NCBI GenBank assembly: GCA_052168235.1
Contig: JBQLZK010000050.1
Coordinates: forward strand, 1 to 57,957
Reading direction: 5' to 3'
Origin: Thainema sp.
GTDB lineage: Bacteria; Cyanobacteriota; Cyanobacteriia; Phormidesmidales; Phormidesmidaceae
DNA: 57,957 nt
In this document: in pieces, positions 1-10,538 of the stretch
How positions within the stretch are numbered: position 1 is the stretch's first letter
Layout of the letters: the number at the start of each line of letters is the position of its first letter
Made by a program: the position numbers and the translations under genes
Notes under the pieces: generated by a model
The model's input: the letters and a program-made list of their open reading frames with translations, nothing else
The model's database searches: none
Told to the model about the DNA's origin: nothing

Positions 1-4
1 AGCG

Positions 5-36
5 GAAAGGAGCTAATCAGCTGATTAGCTCCTTTC
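5..36. terminator. Perfect 32-bp palindrome downstream of bcp, probable terminator or 3' stem
   Basis: GAAAGGAGCTAATCAG|CTGATTAGCTCCTTTC, 35 nt beyond the stop of the minus-strand peroxiredoxin gene. Confidence 0.6.
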
Positions 37-71
37 TTGTTGTTGGTAAGTTGTTCGTGATAAACGAGTGG

Positions 72-506
72 CTAGCTGATTTCGGCTAGGATGTCTGATG
101 CGTGGGTTTCAGTGTTGATGCTGCTATAGACTTTGCTGATATTGCCGTCCCCGTCAATCACGTAGGTGACTCGTTTAGCATATCCACCGCCGTCAACGTC
201 GTAGGCTTTCATGATACTGCCATCGGTGTCAGCTAGTAGCGGAAATGGCAAGTTGAATTTATCAGTGAATGCTTTGTGAGATGCTTCATCGTCGATACTG
301 ACACCAAAGACAGCAATATCTTTACCTTGGTACTGTGAATAGTTGTCTCGAAAGCTGCAAGCTTCTTTGGTACATCCTGGTGTGTCGTCTTTGGGATAAA
401 AGTAAAGCACTACAGTCTTTCCCTTATAGTCCGAGAGGGAAACTGTTTTGCCATTAGTGTCTTTGGCTGTGAATTCGGGGGCTTTAGTGCCAGCAGTTAG
501 AGGCAT
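72..506 (-). CDS. bcp: Peroxiredoxin Q / bacterioferritin comigratory protein (AhpC/TSA family)
   Basis: VLYFYPKDDTPGCTKEACSFRD carries the PxxxTxxC peroxidatic motif with a CxxxxC resolving Cys. Confidence 0.93.
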   Translation of the reverse strand: MPLTAGTKAPEFTAKDTNGKTVSLSDYKGKTVVLYFYPKDDTPGCTKEACSFRDNYSQYQGKDIAVFGVSIDDEASHKAFTDKFNLPFPLLADTDGSIMKAYDVDGGGYAKRVTYVIDGDGNISKVYSSINTETHASDILAEIS

Positions 507-628
507 ATGTTGCTTTCCTTTTTGCTAATGTACACTCCAGGTATCTTATCGCTGATGACCTTTTAGTGCAGCAGTTTTTGGATAGGTGAAATCAATTTGA
601 ACTGTACGTACTGGGGTAGAGTTGTTGA

Positions 629-1234
629 CTACTTTTTCTGAGCGTAGCGCCCTACAAGCTGAGCTTCTCCTAGGATATGGCCATCTACTGCTTGTATGAG
701 TTCGGATTTTTTAGCTTCTGGAGTGAGTTCCAGTTTGGTATCCAGAGCATAAAGCGTAAACACATATCGATGGGTTCCGCTGGGTGGGCAGGGACCACCA
801 TAACCAATTTCGCGAAATCCGTTTGTACCCTGTAGGATACCGCTATCAAGCTTGGTTTGTGAGGGAATGGACTCGGCTAACTTGGTAACATTAGCAGGAA
901 TGTTGTACAGAACCCAGTGGACGAATCTTTGGCCGGGAGCGTCGGGATCATCCATGATCAGTGCCAAACTTTGAGTGCCTGCTGGCACTTTTTCCCATAC
1001 TAATGGTGGTGAAATGTTGTCTCCGTCACATGTGTACTGAACGGGAATTAACCCGTTGGGTTCAAAGGCAAAACTTTTTAGCTGTAATCCTTTGTTAGTA
1101 GATGAGGGTAAGGTTGTAGGTTCCGGCTCGATAGAGGGTTTATCTAGATTGCGATCGCAACTTACCAACCCCAACCCCAACCCTACTCCAGCTAGGATGA
1201 CACCTCCATATTGCAAAATTTTCCTTCGTTTCAT
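629..1234 (-). CDS. YbhB/YbcL family (PEBP/RKIP-like) protein, probable lipoprotein
   Basis: MDDPDAP, FVHWVLYNIP and GYGGPCPPSGTHRYVFTLYALD motifs; N-terminal KRRKILQ, hydrophobic stretch and LVSC lipobox. Confidence 0.92.
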   Translation of the reverse strand: MKRRKILQYGGVILAGVGLGLGLVSCDRNLDKPSIEPEPTTLPSSTNKGLQLKSFAFEPNGLIPVQYTCDGDNISPPLVWEKVPAGTQSLALIMDDPDAPGQRFVHWVLYNIPANVTKLAESIPSQTKLDSGILQGTNGFREIGYGGPCPPSGTHRYVFTLYALDTKLELTPEAKKSELIQAVDGHILGEAQLVGRYAQKK

Positions 1235-1258
1235 TGTTCTATCGCGATAACGGCATGC

Positions 1259-4200
1259 TCAAGCGCTGAAATATTTAGCGGCTGGGTGGTAGGCCACGAT
1301 CGCAGTGGTGGACTGTTCGGGATAAAGCTGTTCGCTTTCGTCCATATGGAGGCCGATGCGTTGCGCGTCGAGTAAATCAAGCTGTATGTACTGGTCAGCA
1401 ATGTTGGGGCAGGCTGGATAGCCGAAGCTGTAGCGAGAACCCTGGTAGCGCTGAGCCAGAATATCTCGCAACTGCTCGGGTTCGAGATCGCTGTAGCCGA
1501 GTTCTTGCCGGATGCGAGCATGTGTCCACTCTGCAAGGGCTTCCGCTATCTGAACGGCTAAGCCGTGGTAGTAAAGATAGTCGGTGTATTGGTCGGATTC
1601 AAAAAGCTGCTTGGCATACTGGGTCGCAACTTCGCCGACGGTAACGGCCTGCATGGGAAAGACATCAAAGCGTGATGTGGTGCTGCTCATTTCTTTGGGT
1701 AAAAAGAAGTCGGCGATGCACAAGCGACGCATTGATTTTTGGCGTGGAAATTGAAAAGTTGCGATCGCATCTGGTAGCTGATCTAATTCCTGCTTAGCAT
1801 GATCCGGAGCGTAAATTTCAAGGGAATTGCCATCGGCCAAGCACGGGAAGTAGCCATAGATCACTTGAGGATGCAGCAAGTTTTCTTCAACAACTCGCTG
1901 TTTCCAGGTATCTAAAATGGGCTGTACTTTTTCTTGAATAAACTGGTCATAGTCTTCCCGCGTTTGGTCTTTGGGCTTACGGAACTGCCACTGCCCGACG
2001 AACAGTGCTTGTAAATCGAGATAGCTGAAAATTTCATCCAGAGGAATGTCTTGAGGCTGTAGAACTTTGGTGCCCCAGAAAGGTGGGGTGGGTCGCTCAA
2101 TAGCGACATCAACGGCTTCTGACCGTCGAGTGTCAATGACTAACGGCTCTGAATGGGTTTGATTGTTAGCTGAAGATAGTTCTTTGACTGGTGCAGATTG
2201 ACCGTTACTTAAAGCAGCGGTTGTGCTCTGCCCAACCTGCTCGGCTTCATCTAAAAAGCCCTGGAGGTCGCTCCAGTTTTCGCCAGCCTTGGCGGGCATG
2301 AGCTTATCCATGAAGTTCAAATCGGAAAAGGCATCTTTGCCATAAACCACTTTGCCCTTATAGACATTTTGGCAGTCTTCATAGACAAACTTGGGCGTCA
2401 GAGCTGCACCACCCAGGATGACGGGTACCGTGATGCCACGCTCGTTGAACGCTTCTAGATTGTCTTTCATAAAAGCGGTTGATTTCACCAACAGGCCGCT
2501 CATCGCAATGCAGTCGGCTTGATGCTCTTCATAGGCAGCCATGATATTTTCGACGGGCTGCTTGATGCCCAGATTAATCACTCGGTAGCCGTTATTTGAC
2601 AAGATGATATCGACCAAATTCTTGCCGATATCGTGTACGTCGCCTTTCACCGTGGCGATAATCATCGTCCCTTTGGCGTTATCGGAGCCTTCTTCTTTGT
2701 CCATAAAGGGTTCCAGATAGGCCACGGCAGCTTTCATGGTTTCTGCCGACTGAAGAACGAAAGGCAACTGCATCTGACCGGATGCAAACAGATCGCCCAC
2801 GACTTTCATGCCGTCCAGCAGGTAGATATTGATGATATCGAGGGGCGGATACTTGTCTAATGCTTGCTTGAGAACATCTTCAAGGCCAATACGTTCACCG
2901 TCGATAATGTGCTGCTTCAGCCGCTCTTCCAGGGAAAGGTTAGACGTATCGGAGCGCAGCTGAGTCGCTTTTTTCCCAGCGAACAGTTCCGTTAGCTTGG
3001 TCAACGGGTCATAGATGCAAATGTCGCCATCAAACTGTCTGCGATCGCAGATCAGGTCATGACAAATCTGCTGATGCTCCGGTTCAATCTTGGCCAGGGG
3101 CAGAATCTTGCTGGCGCTGACAATGGCGGCATCCATGCCCTGCTCCATCGCGTCGTGCAGGAAGACGGAGTTGAGCGCGACGCGAGCCGCAGAGTTGAGA
3201 CCGAAGGAGATGTTTGAAACACCCAGGATAATGTGGCATCCCGGCAGGTCTTGGCGAATTTGGCGAATTGCCTCAATGGTCGCTTTACCATTGGCGCGAT
3301 CTTCCTCAATTCCAGTTGAAATGGGTAGAGCCAGCGGATCGAAAAAGATTTCATGGGCTGGAACGCCGTACTCGATTGCATCCCGGTAGGCGCGCTGAGC
3401 AATTTGAAACTTCTTCTCGGCTGTCCGGGCCATGCCGTCCTCGTTAATCGTGCCAACGACGATCCCAGCACCGTACTGTTTGGCTAGTTCTAGAACTTTG
3501 AAGAAGCGCTCTTCTCCGTCTTCATAGTTGGTGGAATTCAAGAGGCACTTGCCGCCCGCCACCTTGAGACCTGCCTCCATTTTTGTCCACTCGGTCGAGT
3601 CGAGCATGAGCGGCAGCGTGACGGTATTGACCAGGCGAGACACTAACTCGTGCATATCCGCTTCGCCATCGCGGCCCACGTAGTCTACGTTGACATCTAA
3701 GACGTGGGCACCTTCTTTAATCTGAGATTTAGCCAGAGATACGAGACCGTCCCAATCTTCAGCCAGCAGCATTTCGCGGCATTTTTTAGAACCGCTGGCG
3801 TTGAGGCGCTCACCGACGATCAGAAAAGAATTGTCTTGGTCGTAGGGCTGAGTGCTGTAGATGGAAGCGGCTGCGGGAGCGAAGGGAAGGGGTTGGTAGG
3901 GAACGGGGGTGGAGTTGCGATCGCCAATTTGCCGATCCTTCGGATGCAGGTCTTTTGACATTTCAACCAGTTGTTGAATGTGGTCGGGTCGGGTGCCGCA
4001 GCAGCCGCCAACAACTTGTACGCCCAAGTCTTCGACGAAATGCATCAGCGCCATCCGCAGTTCCATCGGCGTCAGGCGATAGTGGGCTTGCCCTCCAACA
4101 TTTTCGGGTAAACCAGCGTTGGGAATACAGGAAATAATGAACGGGGAATGCTCAGAAAGATATTTGATATGCTCTTTCATCTTGTCTGGGCCAGTGGCGC

Positions 4201-4882
4201 AGTTTAGGCCCAGAATGTCGATGTTATAAGGTTCCAAAATCGTTAACGCTGCGCTGATTTCGGTGCCGACTAGCATGGTGCCCATCACTTCCATCGTGAT
4301 TGAGACCATCAGCGGACGCCGCTCACCTCGTTCTGCGAAGACTTCTTCGATCGCATTCAAGGCTGCTTTGATTTGCAGGACATCCTGACAGGTTTCGACA
4401 ATAAAGAGATCGACGCCGCCGTCGTAAAGCCCCTCAGCCTGTTCCACATAGGCTGTTTTGAGGGTATCAAAATCAATATGGCCCAGCGTCGGCAGCTTCG
4501 TACCTGGCCCCATTGAACCGGCCACGAAGCGAGGTTTTTCGGGCGTGGAATATCCAGCGGCAACGCGCTTGGCAATTTTGGCAGCTTTGTGATTCAGGTC
4601 ATAAGCTTTGTCGGCCAGATCATATTCGGCCAAGACAATTGATGTAGCGCCAAATGTGTCAGTTTCAATAACGTCTGCGCCAACGTCTAAAAATCCACGA
4701 TGAACTTTCTCGACGGCTTCCGGTTTCGTTTCGACTAAATACTCATTGCAACCTTCATACTCTGCACCTCCAAAATCGGCTGCCGTGAGATTTTGCGTTT
4801 GCAGCGATGTGCCCATTGCACCGTCAAATACGAGCACAGGACGGTTGGGACTGCGGAGATGGTCGAGGAATACGCTTTTCAT
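1259..4882 (-). CDS. metH: Cobalamin-dependent methionine synthase
   Basis: [14 protein letters not shown] and GGCCGT Zn ligands, [10 protein letters not shown] pterin domain, [11 protein letters not shown]12-binding motif, SFGYPACP activation domain; 1207 aa. Confidence 0.98.
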   Translation of the reverse strand: MKSVFLDHLRSPNRPVLVFDGAMGTSLQTQNLTAADFGGAEYEGCNEYLVETKPEAVEKVHRGFLDVGADVIETDTFGATSIVLAEYDLADKAYDLNHKAAKIAKRVAAGYSTPEKPRFVAGSMGPGTKLPTLGHIDFDTLKTAYVEQAEGLYDGGVDLFIVETCQDVLQIKAALNAIEEVFAERGERRPLMVSITMEVMGTMLVGTEISAALTILEPYNIDILGLNCATGPDKMKEHIKYLSEHSPFIISCIPNAGLPENVGGQAHYRLTPMELRMALMHFVEDLGVQVVGGCCGTRPDHIQQLVEMSKDLHPKDRQIGDRNSTPVPYQPLPFAPAAASIYSTQPYDQDNSFLIVGERLNASGSKKCREMLLAEDWDGLVSLAKSQIKEGAHVLDVNVDYVGRDGEADMHELVSRLVNTVTLPLMLDSTEWTKMEAGLKVAGGKCLLNSTNYEDGEERFFKVLELAKQYGAGIVVGTINEDGMARTAEKKFQIAQRAYRDAIEYGVPAHEIFFDPLALPISTGIEEDRANGKATIEAIRQIRQDLPGCHIILGVSNISFGLNSAARVALNSVFLHDAMEQGMDAAIVSASKILPLAKIEPEHQQICHDLICDRRQFDGDICIYDPLTKLTELFAGKKATQLRSDTSNLSLEERLKQHIIDGERIGLEDVLKQALDKYPPLDIINIYLLDGMKVVGDLFASGQMQLPFVLQSAETMKAAVAYLEPFMDKEEGSDNAKGTMIIATVKGDVHDIGKNLVDIILSNNGYRVINLGIKQPVENIMAAYEEHQADCIAMSGLLVKSTAFMKDNLEAFNERGITVPVILGGAALTPKFVYEDCQNVYKGKVVYGKDAFSDLNFMDKLMPAKAGENWSDLQGFLDEAEQVGQSTTAALSNGQSAPVKELSSANNQTHSEPLVIDTRRSEAVDVAIERPTPPFWGTKVLQPQDIPLDEIFSYLDLQALFVGQWQFRKPKDQTREDYDQFIQEKVQPILDTWKQRVVEENLLHPQVIYGYFPCLADGNSLEIYAPDHAKQELDQLPDAIATFQFPRQKSMRRLCIADFFLPKEMSSTTSRFDVFPMQAVTVGEVATQYAKQLFESDQYTDYLYYHGLAVQIAEALAEWTHARIRQELGYSDLEPEQLRDILAQRYQGSRYSFGYPACPNIADQYIQLDLLDAQRIGLHMDESEQLYPEQSTTAIVAYHPAAKYFSA

Positions 4883-5333
4883 TGGTCAGTCGTTACAACA
4901 AGATTCCTTAAAGGTGGCCGAGAAAATGGGATTTGAGAATGTGAACCAGGGAAAAATGGAGCTTAGTTTATTGTGCCAATTTCTGGCCCAATTTGCGGGT
5001 TTATCGTTTGTATTAGATTGGCACCAACAGACTTGGACTCAATAACTGAGGGAACCCTCCTCTGGGAGACTCCACGGTTGTTGGTGTTTTCAGCTCAATT
5101 ATGCTCGATCTGCTGATCTACTTCAGTTTGATTATTTTAAGTCCAATTATATAGATATGAATTGTGGCACTTTAGGTAGAACCATTTGAAGTTCAATTGT
5201 GTATCCTGGCTTCGAATAGCATACTTGTGTAAAAGAATCGATAGCGATCGGTGATTACTATAAATTTTGCAATCGCACATGCGTTAAACTCTGTTATCGA
5301 CGAATCCATCTAGGGTATTAGTGAGACGATTAG

Positions 5334-6314
5334 GTGTATCGAGATCTTCGCGAAAACGTTCGAGATACCGTTCAGAATACGGTGCAGGCCATGTATCTGC
5401 GATCGCAGGCCACACCGAAACGCTTCTTTTGGTTTTTCCGCTACTTGACGGTTCAGACTCTCTATCAAACCGTTAAGCGCGCTCTCCAGCAACGGTTGCC
5501 TAGCTTAGCATCGGAAATGGCTTTTAATGCCATGTTGGGTCTATTTCCAAGCATTCTGGTGGTTCTGACTGCGATCGGTTTATCGCCTTCCCTACGCTCC
5601 ACGTTTGAGCGTTTAGCCTCACGAGTTAGTGAATTAGCGCCGTACGAAGTGATGACGCTGATTCAAAACTTTGCCACTGAAATTAGCGATAGCCAGAATC
5701 GCGGCCTATTTTCCATCAGTTTTGTGTTTGCGATCTGGGCCTCTTCGGCGACGATGAGCGCGGCGATGCGCGCCCTAGATCAAATTCATCAGATTCCGCC
5801 CCAGGAAGCGCGCCCCTTTTGGAAAGCAAAACTGATCTCGCTGTCGCTGACGATTAGCATTGTCCTGCTGCTGTTCCTGGCGTCGGGAGTTTTTCTAGTT
5901 AGTGACTTGATGGTGAAGCAACTGATTGCCCAGCAGGGAGAGGTTGTAGGGGAGTGGATACAAGGGCTGCGGCAACTGCTGATTTGGCCGTTAACCCTGT
6001 TCATTGTCTCGTCGGCGTTTTCGCTGCTTTATCGGTTTGGCCCTAGTCGCTGGATTAACGGGAAGCCATTGGTGCCAGGAGCGATGCTGGCTGCTTTGCT
6101 TTGGGCGGCGATTTCTAGCGGATTTCGCTATTACGTTTCACAATTTGGCAATTACAACAAGGCATACGGTGCGGTTGGTGCGGTTATTGTGCTGCTGCTG
6201 TGGCTACAGTTTTCGTCGCTGGCCGTGCTGCTGGGTGATCAGCTCAACGTCGTTGTGGGTGAAATGATGCAGGAGCAGCGACGACGCAAGTGGAAAGTGC
6301 CGGGTTTGTTCTAA
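5334..6314 (+). CDS. YihY/virulence factor BrkB family membrane protein (alternative start ATG 5391)
   Basis: Multi-pass membrane protein with ASEMAFNAMLGLFP and YNKAYGAVGAVIVLLLWL...LLGDQLN signatures. Confidence 0.9.
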   Translation: MYRDLRENVRDTVQNTVQAMYLRSQATPKRFFWFFRYLTVQTLYQTVKRALQQRLPSLASEMAFNAMLGLFPSILVVLTAIGLSPSLRSTFERLASRVSELAPYEVMTLIQNFATEISDSQNRGLFSISFVFAIWASSATMSAAMRALDQIHQIPPQEARPFWKAKLISLSLTISIVLLLFLASGVFLVSDLMVKQLIAQQGEVVGEWIQGLRQLLIWPLTLFIVSSAFSLLYRFGPSRWINGKPLVPGAMLAALLWAAISSGFRYYVSQFGNYNKAYGAVGAVIVLLLWLQFSSLAVLLGDQLNVVVGEMMQEQRRRKWKVPGLF

Positions 6315-6391
6315 TCAAAAAAATATTTGGGAGTTTGGGATAAATACTCTAATATAGAAAGGTTGTAGAATTTTGATCAGGCGAATACGTC

Positions 6392-6571
6392 ATGGCGGTT
6401 CCAAAGAAGAAAACCTCAAAATCCAGACGGGATAAGCGCCGTGCGAACTGGAGTCGGAAAGCATCGTTTGAAGCTGAAAAAGCGCTTTCTCTCGGTAAGT
6501 CAATTCTGACCGGACGTTCTAAGGGTTTTGTTTATCCTACGAATGAAGATGAGGACGAAGACGAAGAGTAA
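6392..6571 (+). CDS. rpmF: 50S ribosomal protein L32 (not in ORF track)
   Basis: Manual translation [59 protein letters not shown], the cyanobacterial/plastid L32 pattern. Confidence 0.97.
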   Translation: MAVPKKKTSKSRRDKRRANWSRKASFEAEKALSLGKSILTGRSKGFVYPTNEDEDEDEE

Positions 6572-6607
6572 GTTATTCGTTGCTCTCATCTCAAATTCTC
6601 AAAACGC

Positions 6608-6643
6608 AGAGAGAGGAGTGCGATCGCACTCCTCTCTCTTTTT
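6608..6643 (+). terminator. Rho-independent terminator of rpmF built around a HIP1 site
   Basis: Perfect palindrome AGAGAGAGGAGTGCGA|TCGCACTCCTCTCTCT followed by a T run. Confidence 0.8.
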
Positions 6644-6677
6644 GGGGCAGGAAATATCTGAAAGGGCCGACGTTACC

Positions 6678-6705
6678 GTAGGGGCAAATGGCCATTTGCC
6701 CCTAT
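6678..6705. repeat. GTAG-type REP-like palindrome
   Basis: GTAGGGGCAAATGGCCATTTGCCCCTAT between convergent genes. Confidence 0.75.
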
Positions 6706-6719
6706 AGGGGTTGTGGAAA

Positions 6720-7409
6720 TTAGGCAACTGATGCGGATTTGGATCTGCTGGGTGCAGCGTTTTCTGGATTAGTTGGCTGTAGTGAGGGCCGAATGATCAG
6801 GTACACCAGCGGGCCAATTAGAGGCAGTAAGGCCACCAGCCAGAAGATAACAGGTTGGTTCTGCCAGCCGCGTCGGGCCATATCGTCGCCAAGTAGGGCG
6901 GGAAAAATCAGGCAGAGTAGAACAAAATCCAAGCTCATGACGTGGACGAAGCGGCGGGTTTGCCATTCGTAGATGTAGTCTGACCAGTTGCCTTGGCTAA
7001 AGCCATAGATGAGAAGTGCGATCGCACCGACTGCCAGTAATACGCCAGTAATGCGAGCGTCCAGTATTCGAATCAGCCAGTTTTTTGAGCCTGTAAACAT
7101 AGGATTGGGCTGACGTAGCGCGAGATACGGTAAGAGCGTAAACGCGCCCAGGCCAAAGGAACCGATCAGAAATGGCCAGGCCCATAGTTTTTGATTCCGA
7201 CCATCGGCTAAAAGAAGACAGGCGTAGATCATTGGCCAGATGCCCATCAGATTGAACAGGGCGATGATGAGCGGATTGATGCCCTGCCAGTCACCCGTGG
7301 ACAGACGTAGAATCAAGTCGAACGTATCGGGTTGATTGGGTGGAGCTAGTAAAACTGCGTAGCTGACGAAGCCAATCCACAGTAGGCCAAAGCCGAATTT
7401 TCTAACCAT
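6720..7409 (-). CDS. Conserved cyanobacterial multi-pass membrane protein (DUF2834-like)
   Basis: Several TM helices; FNLMGIWP, LLPYLALR, RFVHVMSLDF and DDMARRG motifs. Confidence 0.7.
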   Translation of the reverse strand: MVRKFGFGLLWIGFVSYAVLLAPPNQPDTFDLILRLSTGDWQGINPLIIALFNLMGIWPMIYACLLLADGRNQKLWAWPFLIGSFGLGAFTLLPYLALRQPNPMFTGSKNWLIRILDARITGVLLAVGAIALLIYGFSQGNWSDYIYEWQTRRFVHVMSLDFVLLCLIFPALLGDDMARRGWQNQPVIFWLVALLPLIGPLVYLIIRPSLQPTNPENAAPSRSKSASVA

Positions 7410-7742
7410 AATTACCGACGGTTAAGTTTTACAGCGATACATCAAAACAAATGTAACGGTTCCCCACAATCTGTTGTTGCTGTCTTAAGTTGGAAATTGG
7501 AATAAATGGTTAATGTTTTGTCCGTACATAAGAGTCACATAAGAGTCCGACTATTTTTTGTAGAACGCTGGCTAGGCAGGCATTCCACAAGAAATTAACT
7601 ATGGGTTTGAATCGGACTTTTATAACACTGTGAACACTGCGCAAATGTGCGGATTTGACAGCGTTTGTGTATAAAACCGTGAAGATGACGGATTCCCGCG
7701 TCTGTTTTAGGGAATACATAGCGTAATAGCGACATACTCTCC

Positions 7743-8828
7743 ATGTATCCGTCAGGTGCAGCAATGGTGATGATGACAGCGACTACAACAACGGCAACTG
7801 ATACGACTACCGCCGCGATCGCAATGACTACTGCTTGGACACAATCTGATTCAACTGCTTGCCAGAATCAGCAGCCCATGAAAGTCGTTTATTTTCTGCA
7901 GCTCTACGAAACAGGCTATCGCGATTTCAATGGAGTGCATTTACGTGGGGCTGACCTTGGCAGCAAAATTCTGGTCAATCTTGATTTATCCTATGCCGAC
8001 TTAACGGGAATTAATTTCAGTCGTACATTTTTGACGCGCTCAAATTTGTATCAGGCCCGTTTGACCTGGGCCGATCTCAGCTTTATCAAATGCAGCGAAG
8101 GGAGTTTAATTGGGGCCCACTTGACCAAAGCCAATTTACAGGGCGCATTCATGGTCAAGTCAAATCTGGCCAAGGCGCAATTGAGTGGGGCAAATTTGAG
8201 CCATGCCAATTTTCGATTCGCGAATTTGGCGGGAGCGAATTTGTGTGGAGCCAATTTGCAAGGCGTTAATTTTCGGGGCGCGAATTTAGCGGGTGCCAAT
8301 CTCAACTGGGCCAATTTAAGCGGAGCGCGACTGAGTGGAGCCTGCTTAGATGGAGCCTGCCTGACGGGCGTAAATCTGGAAGATGCCTATCTTAATGGCG
8401 TGGATTTAAGCGGCAGTGATCTGAACGGGGCCAATTTGAGTGGCGCGCGGCTGAGCGGCGCAAATCTAGAAGGCGCTAGCTTAGTTGCGACGAACCTGAG
8501 TGCGGCTCGCATGCGCGGCATTCGGCTGGGGCAGGCCAATTTAAAGGCGGCAGATTTAAGCGGGGCCGATTTAGATCACGCAGATTTGCACGATTCGGAC
8601 TTAAGCCAGGCCGATTTGAGTGCAGCGGATCTGCGAGGTTCAAATTTAAGCGATGTCAAGATTGAGGGCGCAGAGTTTACGGGCGGCTGGATGACCAAGC
8701 GGGAGTACGATTACCTGATGTCGATTGCATCGGGTCAAACCACTTGGTCGAATCAGTCCACGCGAGCAACGCTACAGGCGGCTCGGCTCTGGGATGGTGG
8801 CCCCGGTTTTACCAGTATGGGTATTTAG
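7743..8828 (+). CDS. Pentapeptide repeat protein
   Basis: Long A(D/N)LxG repeat array preceded by LYETGYRDF; true start may be a downstream Met. Confidence 0.92.
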   Translation: MYPSGAAMVMMTATTTTATDTTTAAIAMTTAWTQSDSTACQNQQPMKVVYFLQLYETGYRDFNGVHLRGADLGSKILVNLDLSYADLTGINFSRTFLTRSNLYQARLTWADLSFIKCSEGSLIGAHLTKANLQGAFMVKSNLAKAQLSGANLSHANFRFANLAGANLCGANLQGVNFRGANLAGANLNWANLSGARLSGACLDGACLTGVNLEDAYLNGVDLSGSDLNGANLSGARLSGANLEGASLVATNLSAARMRGIRLGQANLKAADLSGADLDHADLHDSDLSQADLSAADLRGSNLSDVKIEGAEFTGGWMTKREYDYLMSIASGQTTWSNQSTRATLQAARLWDGGPGFTSMGI

Positions 8829-8843
8829 TACTCTGTAAATTAA

Positions 8844-8894
8844 GTTTTGATGGTTGATGTGCCGCGCGGAGCGCGGCACATCAACCATCAAAAC
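8844..8894. repeat. Palindromic dispersed repeat (MITE/SDR-like), family A copy 1
   Basis: Perfect 24-bp inverted repeat GTTTTGATGGTTGATGTGCCGCGC-GGA-GCGCGGCACATCAACCATCAAAAC; a degenerate copy lies at 42140-42190. Confidence 0.75.
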
Positions 8895-8925
8895 CCATTA
8901 AACTTAGTTGACAGATTATTTAGTC

Positions 8926-9252
8926 ATGACAGCGATGACAACGTTTGGTGTAGTGTTGGTAACGACTGGGTCGGAAGAGGAAGCATGTGCGATCGCGCAT
9001 GCACTTGTGCAAGAAAAGCTGGCGGCCTGTGTCAACTTCACCCAAATTCAGTCGGTTTATACCTGGCAGGGCGAAATACAGCAGGATCAAGAATGGCAGT
9101 TGTTGATTAAGACCGATTTGGCTAAGTTTGATCAGTTAGCCGCGAAAATTCAGGCGCTGCACTCGTATGATGTACCTGAAATGATTGCCTTGCCTATTCA
9201 ACAGGGATCAGCCGCTTACTTAAACTGGATGTCAGAGAGTTTAGCCCAGTAG
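8926..9252 (+). CDS. cutA: Divalent-cation tolerance protein CutA
   Basis: LVQEKLAACVN, SVYTWQG and LHSYDVPEMIALPI motifs; ATG 8926 preferred over the TTG inside the upstream repeat. Confidence 0.95.
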   Translation: MTAMTTFGVVLVTTGSEEEACAIAHALVQEKLAACVNFTQIQSVYTWQGEIQQDQEWQLLIKTDLAKFDQLAAKIQALHSYDVPEMIALPIQQGSAAYLNWMSESLAQ

Positions 9253-9270
9253 GTGGTTCTAGAAGAGCAA

Positions 9271-9313
9271 TAATTTTGTTCTGTAGTAACAGTGCCCCTA
9301 CAGAACAAAATTA
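9271..9313. repeat. Inverted repeat with degenerate GTAG-REP core, possible cutA terminator
   Basis: TAATTTTGTTCTGTAG-(11 nt)-CTACAGAACAAAATTA; the inner part ends in GCCCCTAC like the other REPs. Confidence 0.6.
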
Positions 9314-9644
9314 ATAAACCCGGAATACCACTACCGCTTATAAGTCGAGGCTTGTATCTGGTAGTACGACCCAAACTTAATATTGCCCTCAAGTAGCAAA
9401 TAATACCGAGTGTTGATGGGGTCGATAAACGATATTCCTCTGCTCTCTTGTATCCAAATGTCTGCACCATCTGGTTTGTAGCTTCTTAAGAGGGGAATGA
9501 TCTAACCTATTCGGTATACTGACGGTATTGGTCAGGATAAATTTGTGACTAGCAAGTTTGCCGGATTGTCTGAATCAAGATGATGTACGATTTTCATAAA
9601 GAAAATTAGGCATTGGAATCATTGTCATCCTCTTTGAGCGATTC

Positions 9645-10538
9645 ATGACACGTTTACGAATTTCCGCTTTCAAGTCTCAATGCACAAACCGACGCTTTCC
9701 AGTCTCGATCTTGCTAGGGGGGATGGCGTTGGCTAGTTTGAGTGGGATAGCGATTCATAGCTATGCGCAGCAGTCTATTCCGGCCCGCATTAATCGCTGG
9801 CTGGCTGTTCGCAACGTCGCTGGCAATGTGAACTATCTGAAGGGAAATGACGCGCGCCCTGCGAAAGTTGGGGATCGGATACAGCAGGTGGGAGAGGGCA
9901 TTAACACGGGAGAAAATTCGACTGCCACCCTGGAAGTGGATACGGGAATTGGCTTTATTGATGTGTCTGAACAGACGAATTTACGGGTGCGGACATTGGA
10001 GTTCGCGCCGGATAATGGCCGCATTACCCATCTGTACGTGAGTCAAGGGCAAGCGCGGTTGCGGGTTCGTACCTTTACGCATCGGGGATCAGAACTGGAA
10101 ATCGAGACGCCTGCGGGAGTGAGTGGTGTGCGGGGTACAGATTTTGGTATCAACGTGCATACCGATGGCCGAATGGCGATCGCAACTTTAGAAGGTCGAG
10201 TGGATACGACGGCTGAGGGTGAAACGGTTGCAGTCCCCGATGGCTTCCAGAACTTTACGATTCCGGGAGAACCACCGACGCCAGCCGTACCGCTGCGCAA
10301 TGATACGAGCTTAAACTATCGGATTCGGCGACAGTTTTCCGGATCTCAGCGTCGATTGTTGCTGATTGGCGAAGTTGATCCCGTTAATATTGTGCTGATT
10401 GAAGATGAACCGCAGCCGCTGAATCGTGATGGACGATTCACGGTGGAGCTACCTGCCCGTACGCGAGTTAGTTTGGAAGTGACGGTGATTACACCCCTCG
10501 GACGGGAAGAAACCCATGAGATTCTGGTGCGCCCCTAG
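9645..10538 (+). CDS. FecR-domain protein with signal peptide
   Basis: INTGENSTATL...VSEQTNL...GQARLRV...IETPAGVSGVRGTDF...TLEGRV FecR signature. Confidence 0.88.
   Translation: MTRLRISAFKSQCTNRRFPVSILLGGMALASLSGIAIHSYAQQSIPARINRWLAVRNVAGNVNYLKGNDARPAKVGDRIQQVGEGINTGENSTATLEVDTGIGFIDVSEQTNLRVRTLEFAPDNGRITHLYVSQGQARLRVRTFTHRGSELEIETPAGVSGVRGTDFGINVHTDGRMAIATLEGRVDTTAEGETVAVPDGFQNFTIPGEPPTPAVPLRNDTSLNYRIRRQFSGSQRRLLLIGEVDPVNIVLIEDEPQPLNRDGRFTVELPARTRVSLEVTVITPLGREETHEILVRP

Noticed and set aside
4883..5330. Known cobalamin, SAM-I or SAH riboswitch upstream of metH
   Set aside because: Only fragments such as GGTGCCAAT and CCAGAGGAG resemble the consensus; the cores could not be assembled, so it is kept only as an unclassified structure
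7900..8700. Periodic DNA resembling a repeat array (also 17830-18450 and 57380-57900)
   Set aside because: Explained by 15-nt pentapeptide coding periodicity, not by CRISPR or non-coding repeats
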